A DNA stretch of 64,000 bases, from the NCBI GenBank assembly GCA_041891055.1, contig CP169074.1, positions 1,312,001-1,376,000 on the forward strand. The letters are read 5' to 3'. A program made the position numbers and the translations under genes. The stretch is from Halorutilales archaeon Cl-col2-1. Its GTDB lineage: Archaea > Halobacteriota > Halobacteria > Halobacteriales > Afararchaeaceae. The notes below the pieces were generated by a model. It searched no databases, was not told the origin of the DNA, and worked only from the letters and a program-made list of their open reading frames with translations. How positions within the stretch are numbered: the first letter of the stretch is position 1; each line of letters opens with the position of its first letter. This document shows, in pieces, positions 46,679-56,683 of this stretch.

Positions 46679-47734
46679 ATGGTGAGACACGTATTAAACG
46701 ACGTGAAACCAAGACTGCAACCCGACGAAAACGCCGTATTACTCGGCGATGACGCGAGGAACCGGTTCTACGGCTCTAGCGGCTACGGACGTCCCGAGGA
46801 CTCGGGGCTGAGTCTCAGCCTCGTCGAGGCGGCACATCTTCTGAGACGCGGCAAGATAAAAGACATTGAGGGCAAGGGGTTCAATGGGTTCGTCGAGGAA
46901 GCCTCGGAACTCAACGATGATTTCGCCGCCGTCTTCGAGGTCTACTCCGATCTCCGTGAAAGGGGTTACTACCTCCAGCACCGTCCGGGCGAGAGTTCGA
47001 TCGATGTCTATCCGAGAGGTAAGCTACCGTCGGAGAGCACGCCGAAGGATGTTGTCCAGGTCACCGACGAGGACGGACGCGTACACGTAGACGAACTCGT
47101 CAGGGATGGTGACGGCGGTAGTATACTCGGCGTCGTCGACTCCGAGGGCGACGTGACCTACTTCAGAGCCGAGAGATGGGACGAGAACGGAGGGACTGAG
47201 CCGTACCCCGCGACTGAGACAAGCCTCAACGCACGTCTACTGGGCAGAAGGATCGTCGTCGATAGCGAGAACGGAGAGTACGGCGGTCTCCACTCGTCTT
47301 CTTTCTATGGGAGCGAAAACGAGGACGACGGACGTCTCATGCTCTCGCCCGAGGAAGCCGTCTATCTCGACGACGAAGGCGTGGTGAGACTGAGCCACGA
47401 GGACAGACTGAGTACCGAGAGACTTCTCGACAACGACGTCTTTGAAATTTACTCCGACCTACGCGGGAGAGGTCTGTGTCCCAAGACGGGGTTCAAGTTC
47501 GGAACCGAGTTCCGCGTCTACGAGACTGTGACCGACGTCGAAGACCTTCCCCACTCGGAGATACTCGTCGACACTGTCAAGACCGACAAGGTCTTCGATA
47601 TACACGAGTTATCGCGCGCGGTACGTCTCGCACACGGAGTCAGAAAGGAAATGGTATTCGGAGTAGTCGGAGCCGAAAGCAACGCGAGCGGAGACGGAGT
47701 CAAGTACGTGAGCGTGAGTCGGTACAGACCTTAA
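46679..47734 (+). CDS. endA: tRNA-splicing endonuclease (two-unit, alpha2 type)
   Basis: Duplicated units LSLVEA/LSPEEA and VYSDLRERG/IYSDLRGRG, KTGFKFGTEFRVY, H, VRLAHGVRK. Confidence 0.95.
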   Translation: MVRHVLNDVKPRLQPDENAVLLGDDARNRFYGSSGYGRPEDSGLSLSLVEAAHLLRRGKIKDIEGKGFNGFVEEASELNDDFAAVFEVYSDLRERGYYLQHRPGESSIDVYPRGKLPSESTPKDVVQVTDEDGRVHVDELVRDGDGGSILGVVDSEGDVTYFRAERWDENGGTEPYPATETSLNARLLGRRIVVDSENGEYGGLHSSSFYGSENEDDGRLMLSPEEAVYLDDEGVVRLSHEDRLSTERLLDNDVFEIYSDLRGRGLCPKTGFKFGTEFRVYETVTDVEDLPHSEILVDTVKTDKVFDIHELSRAVRLAHGVRKEMVFGVVGAESNASGDGVKYVSVSRYRP

Positions 47735-48536
47735 CTGCCTTGATCGTATCGGACGCCGTTACGGAAGAACTTACGTATCCAGACGACTCCGTCCGAAATC
47801 CCTGAGGAGCCGATTCTCTCGACGAAGTCGTCAACGTGGGCTTTGCCTGTTACTAGAACTGCGTTTTCGTAACATGACGACTCTGCAAGGTACAGGCTCT
47901 ATCCAACATTATCTCGTTTCTCTCGTTGATGGTTCAGTAGATGGCGATGTTAAGAGCGACGATTGTTGAGAGAAAGAGTATGACCGATCCTACAGAGATC
48001 TGTAAGAGAAGCCAGACAGGGAAGACCAGTAGAGCCGTCACAGTTCCGGCACGGCGTGAGATTCGGGCTGTCCCGAAGACGAGACCGACTGCGGCGAAGG
48101 CGACTACATAGGTTGTCACGACTGCGGCTGGAAAGACAGCTAAGTATCCGACCACAATCATCCAGTTTAAACCGACTGAAACGATGCCGCCCGCCGAGAA
48201 GATTACGCTGAAATGGGGATCGATTCTGTGAACCTCTATGTCATCCTTATCGGCTACCTCGTACGCGGCTCTGATCTCGGGTGGCACGAGGTCACGTGTG
48301 ACGACGGCGTATGCCGCGAGTGAAACGACTGAGTAGATACCAAAGCCAAGGACTACGAGCGGAAGCCTGAGGAGACCACGAAGCCAGTCAGCTAGACCGG
48401 GTCGTTCATCGGGGTACTCGACGAAGATGGCATCAGCATCTTCTTCTTCGACCCTCTCACGAAGTTCATCACGGACTACCGAGAGTCTATCTATATGTAT
48501 TACACCGAATATTCCTAGGCTGAGGTCAGGTGGCAT
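47731..48536 (-). pseudogene. TraB/PrgY-like membrane protein gene with premature stop and frameshift
   Basis: GVIH...FVE N-terminus; after the TGA at 47934 the frame continues TINERNEIML, and another frame gives YENAVLVTGKAH to TAA 47731. Confidence 0.6.
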
Positions 48537-48554
48537 TTGTTTTGGCTCCGTAGA

Positions 48555-49496
48555 TTATGCTTCACCCACGTAGAGAGTATAGCTGTAGTACTCGGCGTCG
48601 TACCAAAGATGTCCGTTCTCGGACGTGTCGTCGAGACTCAGTCTGTCGAGTAGACTCTCGAAAGCCTCGGTGAGTGGTGTCTCCTCGGTGTATGTATCAT
48701 TGGCTATAGCCTTCTCAAGTAGGTCACTCTCCTCGTCTGGTAGATCTCCGGGATCGATCTCGGCGTCGACACGTGACTCGAAGACTACGTCACGGAACTC
48801 ATCACGTGAGTCAGCCACCTTCACCGTGAGAGTACTGTACTCGGTCTCGGTGATGTTCTCGTCTGTGACGTCGATAGTGTAAGCCCACTGTCCTGTCTCT
48901 TCCATCCTCACGACCTCGCCGTTGAGTTCACGCGTCCCCAGACGGCTCTCGACCTCGGCGGGTCGACGCAGAACGTAGGCGTCTCCGTGGAGTAGATCCG
49001 AGGCTCCCCCCTCGCCATTAGTGACGTGGTTAGTATGCAGAATCTTGAGGACACGTGCCACGGGTCGTTCGAGGTCATCGATTCCGACTGCGTCACGCGG
49101 GATGTTTTCCTCCGAGACTCGGCTGGCTTCGACTACTGTGCGCTCGGTCTTTCTGCGCCCGGTGATGGTATTTTTGACTTGGTAATATCCTTCCTCCGCC
49201 TCGACGTAAGCGTCGTCAGGAAGAGGTGTGTAGCCGTAAGTAGTGTGGCGTCCCTCAGGTAGTATATTGCCGAGTGTTTCCCTCGCGCGGTCTCCGAAGA
49301 GGTCGTCGTAGTCGGGCTGGTAGAGGGAGTGTTCGACAGGAGAGGTGGAGATACTTTCTACGTCCAAGGAGTACCCCGTCGTCTCTGACTGTGAGTGGAG
49401 TCCCGAGAGACATCCCGTGAGCGAAGTCAGAGCCGCTAATCCCGTGGCACGAACTGCTTGTCGACGTGTGATAGACAGTCCGTCTCTCGGATTCAT
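48555..49496 (-). CDS. Tat lipoprotein, hypothetical
   Basis: ITRRQAV...LTGC lipobox; start taken at ATG 49496. Confidence 0.75.
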   Translation of the reverse strand: MNPRDGLSITRRQAVRATGLAALTSLTGCLSGLHSQSETTGYSLDVESISTSPVEHSLYQPDYDDLFGDRARETLGNILPEGRHTTYGYTPLPDDAYVEAEEGYYQVKNTITGRRKTERTVVEASRVSEENIPRDAVGIDDLERPVARVLKILHTNHVTNGEGGASDLLHGDAYVLRRPAEVESRLGTRELNGEVVRMEETGQWAYTIDVTDENITETEYSTLTVKVADSRDEFRDVVFESRVDAEIDPGDLPDEESDLLEKAIANDTYTEETPLTEAFESLLDRLSLDDTSENGHLWYDAEYYSYTLYVGEA

Positions 49497-49554
49497 ATTA
49501 GCTACTCTATCGACGGAGTCCTCGGATAAAGTATTTCTGTAGGAAGAGACCATC

Positions 49555-49923
49555 TCATCCGGAGTTTTCCGGGAACTCGACACGGAGATACGAGGTTCCT
49601 TTCACGTAGTTGTAGGCTTCGACGGCTACGCCGAACGCTGAGAGTATTGTCAGGATAAGCAGAGCCCGGCTCTTCGGCGTCAAGAGATACTGTCCGCCAA
49701 CGAGGTAGAGGACAAACGTACCACGGAGAAGATTATAGACCGGATGGTCTCGAAACGAGTCGAATGTACTCGCACCGAGGAAGAGTATGGGTACCGCGAA
49801 GTAGACATATATAAGAGGAGATGCTTCTGTAAGCCAGACAGCAGCCAGAAGGAAGGCGAGCAAGAGTACTGTGAGACCACCCCGGTAGGGACTGATACGG
49901 TCACGAAGACTGTCAGAGCCCAT
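49555..49923 (-). CDS. Small membrane protein
   Basis: About four hydrophobic segments. Confidence 0.6.
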   Translation of the reverse strand: MGSDSLRDRISPYRGGLTVLLLAFLLAAVWLTEASPLIYVYFAVPILFLGASTFDSFRDHPVYNLLRGTFVLYLVGGQYLLTPKSRALLILTILSAFGVAVEAYNYVKGTSYLRVEFPENSG

Positions 49924-50101
49924 AGTGTTGGTTACTCAACGGTGTAGTAAAGCAGTTTCTGGTCAGATCTGTGTCATAAGTCATGAAGTCTTCGGTGCCT
50001 GTGAGTTCCGATTCGACTTGTATAGTCGACACCGTATATACAGAAGAAGTAACTGCGCCGAGACCGTGATACTCTTCTTTCACGAAGACCCACAGAGAGT
50101 A

Positions 50102-51430
50102 ATGTCTAGCTCCTCCCTCCGAGACTTCGACTTCGAACACGTCCCCGAGGACTACGGCTCGTCGTTCGAGAACGCACTCGAAAAGGCGCGCAACGGCGAA
50201 CGTCTCAGTGTCGACGACGGCGTCCAGCTTATCACGACTGGAACCGACGTCGAGGGAATAGACGAAGACAGGAAAGAGAAGGTTCTGAGGGCAGCGGACG
50301 AGAGAAGGAGGGAGGTCGTCGGGGACGAGGTCACTTTCGTCGCCAACATAAACAACAACGTCACGACGGCGTGTGACACGGGCTGTCTCTTCTGTAACTT
50401 CAAAGACCCCTCGGAGGCGTTCGAGGTCGGAAACGAGGGACGCGGATTTACGAAGACGCCCGACGAGTCGAGGGAGATAGTCGAGGACGCAGTCGAGATG
50501 GGAGTCTACGAGGTCTGTTCAGTCAGCGGTCTCCATCCCGCCTTCGCTCTCGACGACGAACACAGGGAGATACTCGAATCCTCGACGGACGACGGCGTCA
50601 GGTACGTTCCGTCGTCGGAGTACACCAAGAGTCCCGGGACGTACGTCGAACAGATAGAAGCGATGGACGTCGGCGGCGTACACGTACATTCTATGACGCC
50701 CGAGGAGGCGGCACACGCTAAGAGAGGGACTGACTGGAGCTACGAAGACGTGTACACGAGACTCAGGGAAGCGGGACTCGACTCTGCGCCGGGCACCGCG
50801 GCAGAGATACTCGTCGACGAGGTCAGGGACGTGATCTGTCCCAACAAGATAGGTACTCAGGGCTGGATCGACGCCATAGAAGGGGCTGTCTCGGCGGGTC
50901 TCGGTGTCACAGCGACGATCATGTACGGACACGTCGAGAACGAGGCTCACAGGGTACTACATCTCAAACGAGTACGTGATCTACAGGACTCGACGGGAGG
51001 AATCACTGAGTTCGTGCCTCTGTCTTTCGTCCACGAGAACACGCCGCTCTACGAGAGGGGCTTCGTCGAGTCAGGGGCATCCAACGACGAGGACGAGCTA
51101 CTCTTCGCAGTCTCACGTCTCTTCCTCGACAACATAGACAACATACAGACTAGCTGGGCGAAGTTCGGCGACCAAAAAGCACTGAGGATGCTCGACTGCG
51201 GTGCCAACGACTTCATGGGTACACTCCTCTCGGAGGAGATCACCAAACGCGCGGGAGGTGACTACGGCGAGTTCCGTTCTTTCGACGACTACGTCGAGAT
51301 GATAGAGTCTATAGGACGTGTTCCAGTCGAACGTTCGACCGATTACTCCGAGAAAAGACAGTTCGAAAACGATGTGCCGCCATATGGTCCTCGTCTGGGG
51401 CCGCAGTCCGACGGCAGTCCTCTTATCTAA
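50102..51430 (+). CDS. cofH: FO synthase subunit 2 (radical SAM)
   Basis: CDTGCLFC, PGTAAEIL, TIMYGHVE, EFVPL, GANDFMGTL. Confidence 0.92.
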   Translation: MSSSSLRDFDFEHVPEDYGSSFENALEKARNGERLSVDDGVQLITTGTDVEGIDEDRKEKVLRAADERRREVVGDEVTFVANINNNVTTACDTGCLFCNFKDPSEAFEVGNEGRGFTKTPDESREIVEDAVEMGVYEVCSVSGLHPAFALDDEHREILESSTDDGVRYVPSSEYTKSPGTYVEQIEAMDVGGVHVHSMTPEEAAHAKRGTDWSYEDVYTRLREAGLDSAPGTAAEILVDEVRDVICPNKIGTQGWIDAIEGAVSAGLGVTATIMYGHVENEAHRVLHLKRVRDLQDSTGGITEFVPLSFVHENTPLYERGFVESGASNDEDELLFAVSRLFLDNIDNIQTSWAKFGDQKALRMLDCGANDFMGTLLSEEITKRAGGDYGEFRSFDDYVEMIESIGRVPVERSTDYSEKRQFENDVPPYGPRLGPQSDGSPLI

Positions 51431-51659
51431 ACTTCTACGCGTATACTTCCGACTCTACCTCGGAGAAGCCTGCGAAAAGCTTTGCTTCCTTCTCAGTCGA
51501 GTCTTGGAGTATGAACTTTCTGTTTGCCATAACGTACATACATACTGTCTGTACGGATTTATACCTAACTGTGTCGTAACTTTTGTTATGAATGTGTTTT
51601 TTCGTTAAGGATGAGTGAGAAACCGTGTCGTATTTACTCCGTCTCCCCAAAGGCGGTTT

Positions 51660-52685
51660 ATGACGAGCGTCAAGAACTTCAGTATATACGAGGAGGCGAC
51701 CTCCGAAGAACTCGGCAGGGGGGAGTTCGTCTTTACCGACGACTACTCTGTCTTCGACTGGGGAAAGATGCCCGACAAGATAGAGTCGAAGGGGAAATCT
51801 CTCTGCACGATGGGGGCGTACAACTTTGAACTCTTAGAGGACGAGGGAATAGAGACACATTACATAGGGGTCAGAGAAGACGCCGTAAGCCTCGAAGAAG
51901 CCGACGAAGCTCCCGAGAGGATGTCTATACGTCTCACACAGGTTCCCGACCTGGAGTTTGACGAGAAGACGGGTGAGTACGACTACGAGAGCTTCCACGA
52001 TGAGGGAGGCGACAACTACCTGATACCCTTAGAGATAGTCTTCAGGAACTCCGTACCGATAGGCTCGTCTCTCAGAAAGAGGAAAGAGCCCGCCGACGTA
52101 GGGCTCGACTACGACGACTGGCCCGACGACCACGTCGATCTCGACTCGCCGATAGTCGAGTTCTCGACGAAGTTCGAGGACAAGGACAGATACCTCAACG
52201 AAGACGAGGCGTCAGAGATCAGCGGCAAGGCGGAGATCGAGGAACTCCGTGAGACGGCGAGCGAGGTCAACCGCGTCGTGACCGAGAGGGCAGACGAGGT
52301 CGGTCTATCACACGAGGACGGCAAGATAGAGTGTCTCTACTACGACGGCGATATACTCGTCGCAGATGTCGTCGGAACCTTCGACGAGAACCGTTTCCTA
52401 TACGACGGCGAACAGATAAGCAAGGAGTTCCTCCGTGGCTTCTACAAGGGATACGATCCCGACTGGGTCTCAGCGGTCGAAGACGCGAAGAAAGAGGCGG
52501 ACGAGAGGGACGTCGCCGACTGGAAGTCGCTGTGTGAGGCCGATCCTAAGCCTCTGCCTGACGAGACCGCAGCGACCGCGAGCGAACTCTACACCTCGGG
52601 CGCGAACCTCTACACGGGAAGAAACTGGTTCGACGCTCCCGAACTCGCCGAAGTAGTCGAGAAGATGCGTCGACAGACGTCTTAG
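51660..52685 (+). CDS. purC: Phosphoribosylaminoimidazole-succinocarboxamide synthase
   Basis: TDDYSVFDWG, IPLEIVFRN, EFSTK, DGKIE, DENRF, SKEFLR. Confidence 0.93.
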   Translation: MTSVKNFSIYEEATSEELGRGEFVFTDDYSVFDWGKMPDKIESKGKSLCTMGAYNFELLEDEGIETHYIGVREDAVSLEEADEAPERMSIRLTQVPDLEFDEKTGEYDYESFHDEGGDNYLIPLEIVFRNSVPIGSSLRKRKEPADVGLDYDDWPDDHVDLDSPIVEFSTKFEDKDRYLNEDEASEISGKAEIEELRETASEVNRVVTERADEVGLSHEDGKIECLYYDGDILVADVVGTFDENRFLYDGEQISKEFLRGFYKGYDPDWVSAVEDAKKEADERDVADWKSLCEADPKPLPDETAATASELYTSGANLYTGRNWFDAPELAEVVEKMRRQTS

Positions 52686-52772
52686 AACCGGGTTTTTCCT
52701 ACTAAAAGAATATTTAGAATCAAAGAAGATGACGGAAGTTTTTATTACCTCATCTTCGTGATATAGTATGAT

Positions 52773-54761
52773 ATGTCAGACGATCCCGACGTGGAGTTGG
52801 AGGCAAGGCTAGAAGAACAGGAAGTATTCGAGCCCTCAGACGAGTTCGTCGAACAGGCGAACGTATCCGACGAAGAGATATACGACGAGTTCGAGGAGAA
52901 CTGGCCCGAGTCGTGGGAACGCGCCGCCGAGATGCTCGACTGGTACGAGGAGTACGACGAAGTACTTGACGACTCCGACGCACCCTTCTACGAGTGGTTC
53001 ACGGGAGGTAAGCTCAACGCGTCTTACAACTGCATAGACAGACACATAGAGAACGGCAGGAAGAACCACGCCGCGATAAAGTGGGAGGGTGAGTACGGAG
53101 AGACACGTACCTACACCTACCAGGATCTCTACCGTGAGGTCAACGAGTTCGCCGCCGCGCTCCGCGAGATGGGTGTCGAGGAGGGCGACGTCGTCACCCT
53201 CTACATGCCGATGGTTCCCGAGCTTCCGATAGCGATGCTCGCGTGTGCGAGGATAGGCGCGCCCCACAGCGTAGTCTTCGCCGGCTTCTCCGCGGAGGCA
53301 CTCGCCACGAGGATGGACTCGGCGGCTTCGGAGTACCTCGTGACGTGTGACGGATACTACAGGAGAGGAGACGCCCTCGAGCACCTCGACAAGGCAAACG
53401 AGGGTCTCGAAGAGCTCGAGAGTGAAAGTCACGACGTCGAGGATGTCATAGTCGTCGACCGTCTCGGAGACGAATACGACCATGAACTCGGCGAGAACCA
53501 GCACGACTACGACGAACTCGTCGAGGAACAGAAGGGCGAGAGGGTCGAGCCCGTGGAGAGAGACGCCGAGGACATGCTCTTCCTGATGTACACTTCGGGT
53601 ACGACGGGCAAGCCCAAGGGTGTCAAACACACCACGGGAGGCTACCTGTCTTACGTGACATGGACATCGCACGCAGTCCTCGACATCAAGCCCGAGGACT
53701 CGTACTGGTGTTCCGCCGACATAGGATGGATCACGGGACACTCCTACATCGTCTACGGTCCCCTCTCGCTCGGTACGACGAGCATCATGTACGAGGGCGC
53801 GCCCGACTTCCCCGAGAAGGACAGGTTCTGGGAGCTCGTCGAGAAGTACAGCGTCGATATATTCTACACAGCACCGACTGCGATACGTGCGTTCATGAAA
53901 TGGGGAGACGAGTACCCCGCAATGCACGACCTGTCGTCGCTCCGTCTCCTCGGAACTGTCGGAGAGCCGATCAATCCGCGCGCGTGGAAGTGGTACTACA
54001 AACACATCGGAAACGAGGACTGCCCCGTAGTAGACACATGGTGGCAGACTGAGACGGGCGGAATGATGGTCACGACACTCCCCGGAGTGAAGGACATGAA
54101 GCCCGGAAGCGCAGGTCCGCCACTCCCCGGAATTGACGGTCAGATCGTCGACACAAACGGTGACGAAGTCGACGAAGGAAGGGCAGGATACCTCACGGTC
54201 AACAAGCCCTGGCCCGGAATGCTCAGGACGGTCTATAAGAACAACGACCGTTACATATCCGAATACTGGGAGGAGTACTCCGACCCCGAGGAAGACGAGT
54301 GGGTCTACTTCCCCGAGGACGGTGCTAAGATAGACAGCGACGACTACATCACTGTCCTCGGACGTGTCGACGACGTCGTCAACGTCTCGGGACACCGTCT
54401 CGGCACGATGGAGATAGAGAGTGCCGTCGTAGGAGTCCCCGGAGTCGCAGAAGCCGCCGCTGTCGGAGGAGACCACGAGCTCAAGGGCGAGGCTGTCTAT
54501 GTCTATGTCATCACGGAGGAGGGACAGAGGGGCAACGACGAGCTACGTCAGGAGATAATGGACGAGGTCGACGACGCGATAGGTCCGATAGCGCGACCCG
54601 AGGACGTCTTCTTCACACCCGAGCTTCCGAAGACAAGGTCGGGCAAGATAATGAGACGTCTCCTCGAAGACATAGTCAACGGCGACGAGCTCGGAGACAC
54701 GAGCACCCTCCGCAACCCCGAGATAGTCGACGACATACAGGATCTCGTCGAGAGCAGATAG
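52773..54761 (+). CDS. acs: Acetate-CoA ligase (AMP-forming)
   Basis: YTSGTTGKPKG, DTWWQTETGG, PKTRSGKIMRR. Confidence 0.96.
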   Translation: MSDDPDVELEARLEEQEVFEPSDEFVEQANVSDEEIYDEFEENWPESWERAAEMLDWYEEYDEVLDDSDAPFYEWFTGGKLNASYNCIDRHIENGRKNHAAIKWEGEYGETRTYTYQDLYREVNEFAAALREMGVEEGDVVTLYMPMVPELPIAMLACARIGAPHSVVFAGFSAEALATRMDSAASEYLVTCDGYYRRGDALEHLDKANEGLEELESESHDVEDVIVVDRLGDEYDHELGENQHDYDELVEEQKGERVEPVERDAEDMLFLMYTSGTTGKPKGVKHTTGGYLSYVTWTSHAVLDIKPEDSYWCSADIGWITGHSYIVYGPLSLGTTSIMYEGAPDFPEKDRFWELVEKYSVDIFYTAPTAIRAFMKWGDEYPAMHDLSSLRLLGTVGEPINPRAWKWYYKHIGNEDCPVVDTWWQTETGGMMVTTLPGVKDMKPGSAGPPLPGIDGQIVDTNGDEVDEGRAGYLTVNKPWPGMLRTVYKNNDRYISEYWEEYSDPEEDEWVYFPEDGAKIDSDDYITVLGRVDDVVNVSGHRLGTMEIESAVVGVPGVAEAAAVGGDHELKGEAVYVYVITEEGQRGNDELRQEIMDEVDDAIGPIARPEDVFFTPELPKTRSGKIMRRLLEDIVNGDELGDTSTLRNPEIVDDIQDLVESR

Positions 54762-54916
54762 ACGCCGAGACGTCTTTTTCCGACTTCTCTTTTAAGCGCA
54801 ATTATCCCAAACAGTAATGTAAATTATTATTTATAATCGTGCCTTCAGAGAGATAAATTATGACATATACCGAAAACAAAAATTCTTATGATAACTTGGT
54901 ATGTTAATCTCTAACT

Positions 54917-56527
54917 ATGAAGAAGGAGCTTCTAGTAACCGACTTCCTCGACAGGGCGCGCCGGCACTACGGCGACGCCGAGGCAGTCGTAGCGACAACA
55001 GGAGAGAGGTACACCTACGACGAGCTAGGAGACAGAGTCGACCGTCTCTCCGCCGCTCTCCAGGACAGAGGTATAGAGAAGGGGGACAAGGTCGGTGTCT
55101 TAGACCCCAACACGCATTACCACCTTGAGTCGGCGTACGGTATCATGCAGATAGGCGGTGTACACACTCCCCTCAACTACCGCTTAACGCCCGACGACTA
55201 CGAGTACATACTCAACGACGCGGAGGTAAAAGCGATCTACGCCGACTACGAGTACGCCGACAAAATAAACGAAATACGTGACGACGTCCCAACAGAGGTC
55301 TTCATCACTAACGATCCTTCGGAAGTCGAAGGCGACTGGGAGGACTTCGACGACGTACTCGACGACGCTGATCCCGACTCCTACGAACGTCCCGAAATGT
55401 CCGAGGACGAAGTCATCACTATAAACTACACCTCCGGCACTACCGGCGACCCCAAGGGCGTCATGCGTACTCACCGGACTGAGACACTCCACGCCTACAT
55501 AATAACCAACCACCACGAGGTCTACGACGACGACGTCTACCTCTGGACTCTCCCGATGTTCCACGTCAACGGCTGGGGACACATATACGCCGTAACCGGC
55601 ATGGGCGCGAAACACGTCTGTACGCGCGGAATCGACGCCGAGTGGATATTCGACACAGTGCGCGACGAAGACGTCTCGTTCCTCTGTGCCGCTCCTACCG
55701 TCCTCAACCTCCTCATCGAGTACTACCACGAGAACGAACCCGAGACTGCGGGCGACAACGACGTCCGTGTCACTACCGCCGGTAGCGCGCCCCCTGAGGC
55801 TACTATACGTACTGTCGAGGACGACTTCGGCTGGTACCTCAAACACCTCTACGGTGCGACAGAGACGGGTCCTCTCATAACTCAGTCCGACGCTCGACGG
55901 TACATCGACGATGAGACGAGGTTCGACATCAAGAAGAAACAGGGCATGGGCGTCTTAGGAACACACGTCGATGTCGTAGACGAGAACGGAGAGTCAGTCC
56001 CGCGGGACAACTCGACTCTCGGAGAGATAGTCGTCAAGGGCAACCAGATCATGGACGGATACTGGAACAAGCCCGAGGAGACCGAGAAGGCGTTCAACGA
56101 CAGACGCGAGGGCTGGTTCCACACAGGCGACTTAGCCGTCATAGACGAAAACGGCATGGTCTCGATACAGGACAGGAAGAAGGACATCATCATCTCGGGT
56201 GGAGAGAACATCTCGTCGATAGAGCTCGAAGACGCTCTCTTCGACCACCACAAGGTCGGCGATGTCGCCGTAATACCCGCTCCGAGCGAGGAGTGGGGCG
56301 AAGTCCCCAAGGCTTTCGTCGTCCCCGAAAACAACGACCCAGAAAACCCCGGCATGACCCAGGACGAGCTCATCGAGTTCTGCCGCGAAAACCTCGCCTC
56401 CTACAAAATAATCAAGGACGCCGAGTTCGTCGACTCCCTTCCCACCACCGCAACCGGAAAGGTTCAGAAGAACAAGCTACGTGAGGAGGAGTGGGAGGAA
56501 GAAGACCGCATGGTCGGTCAGGGATAG
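54917..56527 (+). CDS. Acyl-CoA synthetase (fatty-acid-CoA ligase family)
   Basis: YTSGTTGDPKG, YGATET, GWFHTGD, SGGENIS, TGKVQK. Confidence 0.92.
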   Translation: MKKELLVTDFLDRARRHYGDAEAVVATTGERYTYDELGDRVDRLSAALQDRGIEKGDKVGVLDPNTHYHLESAYGIMQIGGVHTPLNYRLTPDDYEYILNDAEVKAIYADYEYADKINEIRDDVPTEVFITNDPSEVEGDWEDFDDVLDDADPDSYERPEMSEDEVITINYTSGTTGDPKGVMRTHRTETLHAYIITNHHEVYDDDVYLWTLPMFHVNGWGHIYAVTGMGAKHVCTRGIDAEWIFDTVRDEDVSFLCAAPTVLNLLIEYYHENEPETAGDNDVRVTTAGSAPPEATIRTVEDDFGWYLKHLYGATETGPLITQSDARRYIDDETRFDIKKKQGMGVLGTHVDVVDENGESVPRDNSTLGEIVVKGNQIMDGYWNKPEETEKAFNDRREGWFHTGDLAVIDENGMVSIQDRKKDIIISGGENISSIELEDALFDHHKVGDVAVIPAPSEEWGEVPKAFVVPENNDPENPGMTQDELIEFCRENLASYKIIKDAEFVDSLPTTATGKVQKNKLREEEWEEEDRMVGQG

Positions 56528-56583
56528 TGAACACCCTCTTTTTTTAGACGTATTTATAATAGTTCAATATTATAATAGAGTCC

Positions 56584-56599
56584 GATAATTTAAATTATC
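56584..56599. promoter_or_regulatory. Perfect 16-bp palindrome, candidate operator upstream of the ABC transporter
   Basis: GATAATTTAAATTATC; related GTAATGTAAATTAT at ~54814. Confidence 0.45.
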
Positions 56600-56683
56600 T
56601 TCAATTAACCTAAACGTCTATTATCATATAAAATGTCGTGCATAACCGTAATTATTAATACCTAGACCGGTTCTTTTTCTCAC

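Noticed and set aside
52836-54476. 546-aa minus-strand ORF and similar long antisense ORFs across 23-64 kb
   Set aside because: Antisense shadows produced by GAC/GAG/GTC-biased codon usage of well-supported genes.
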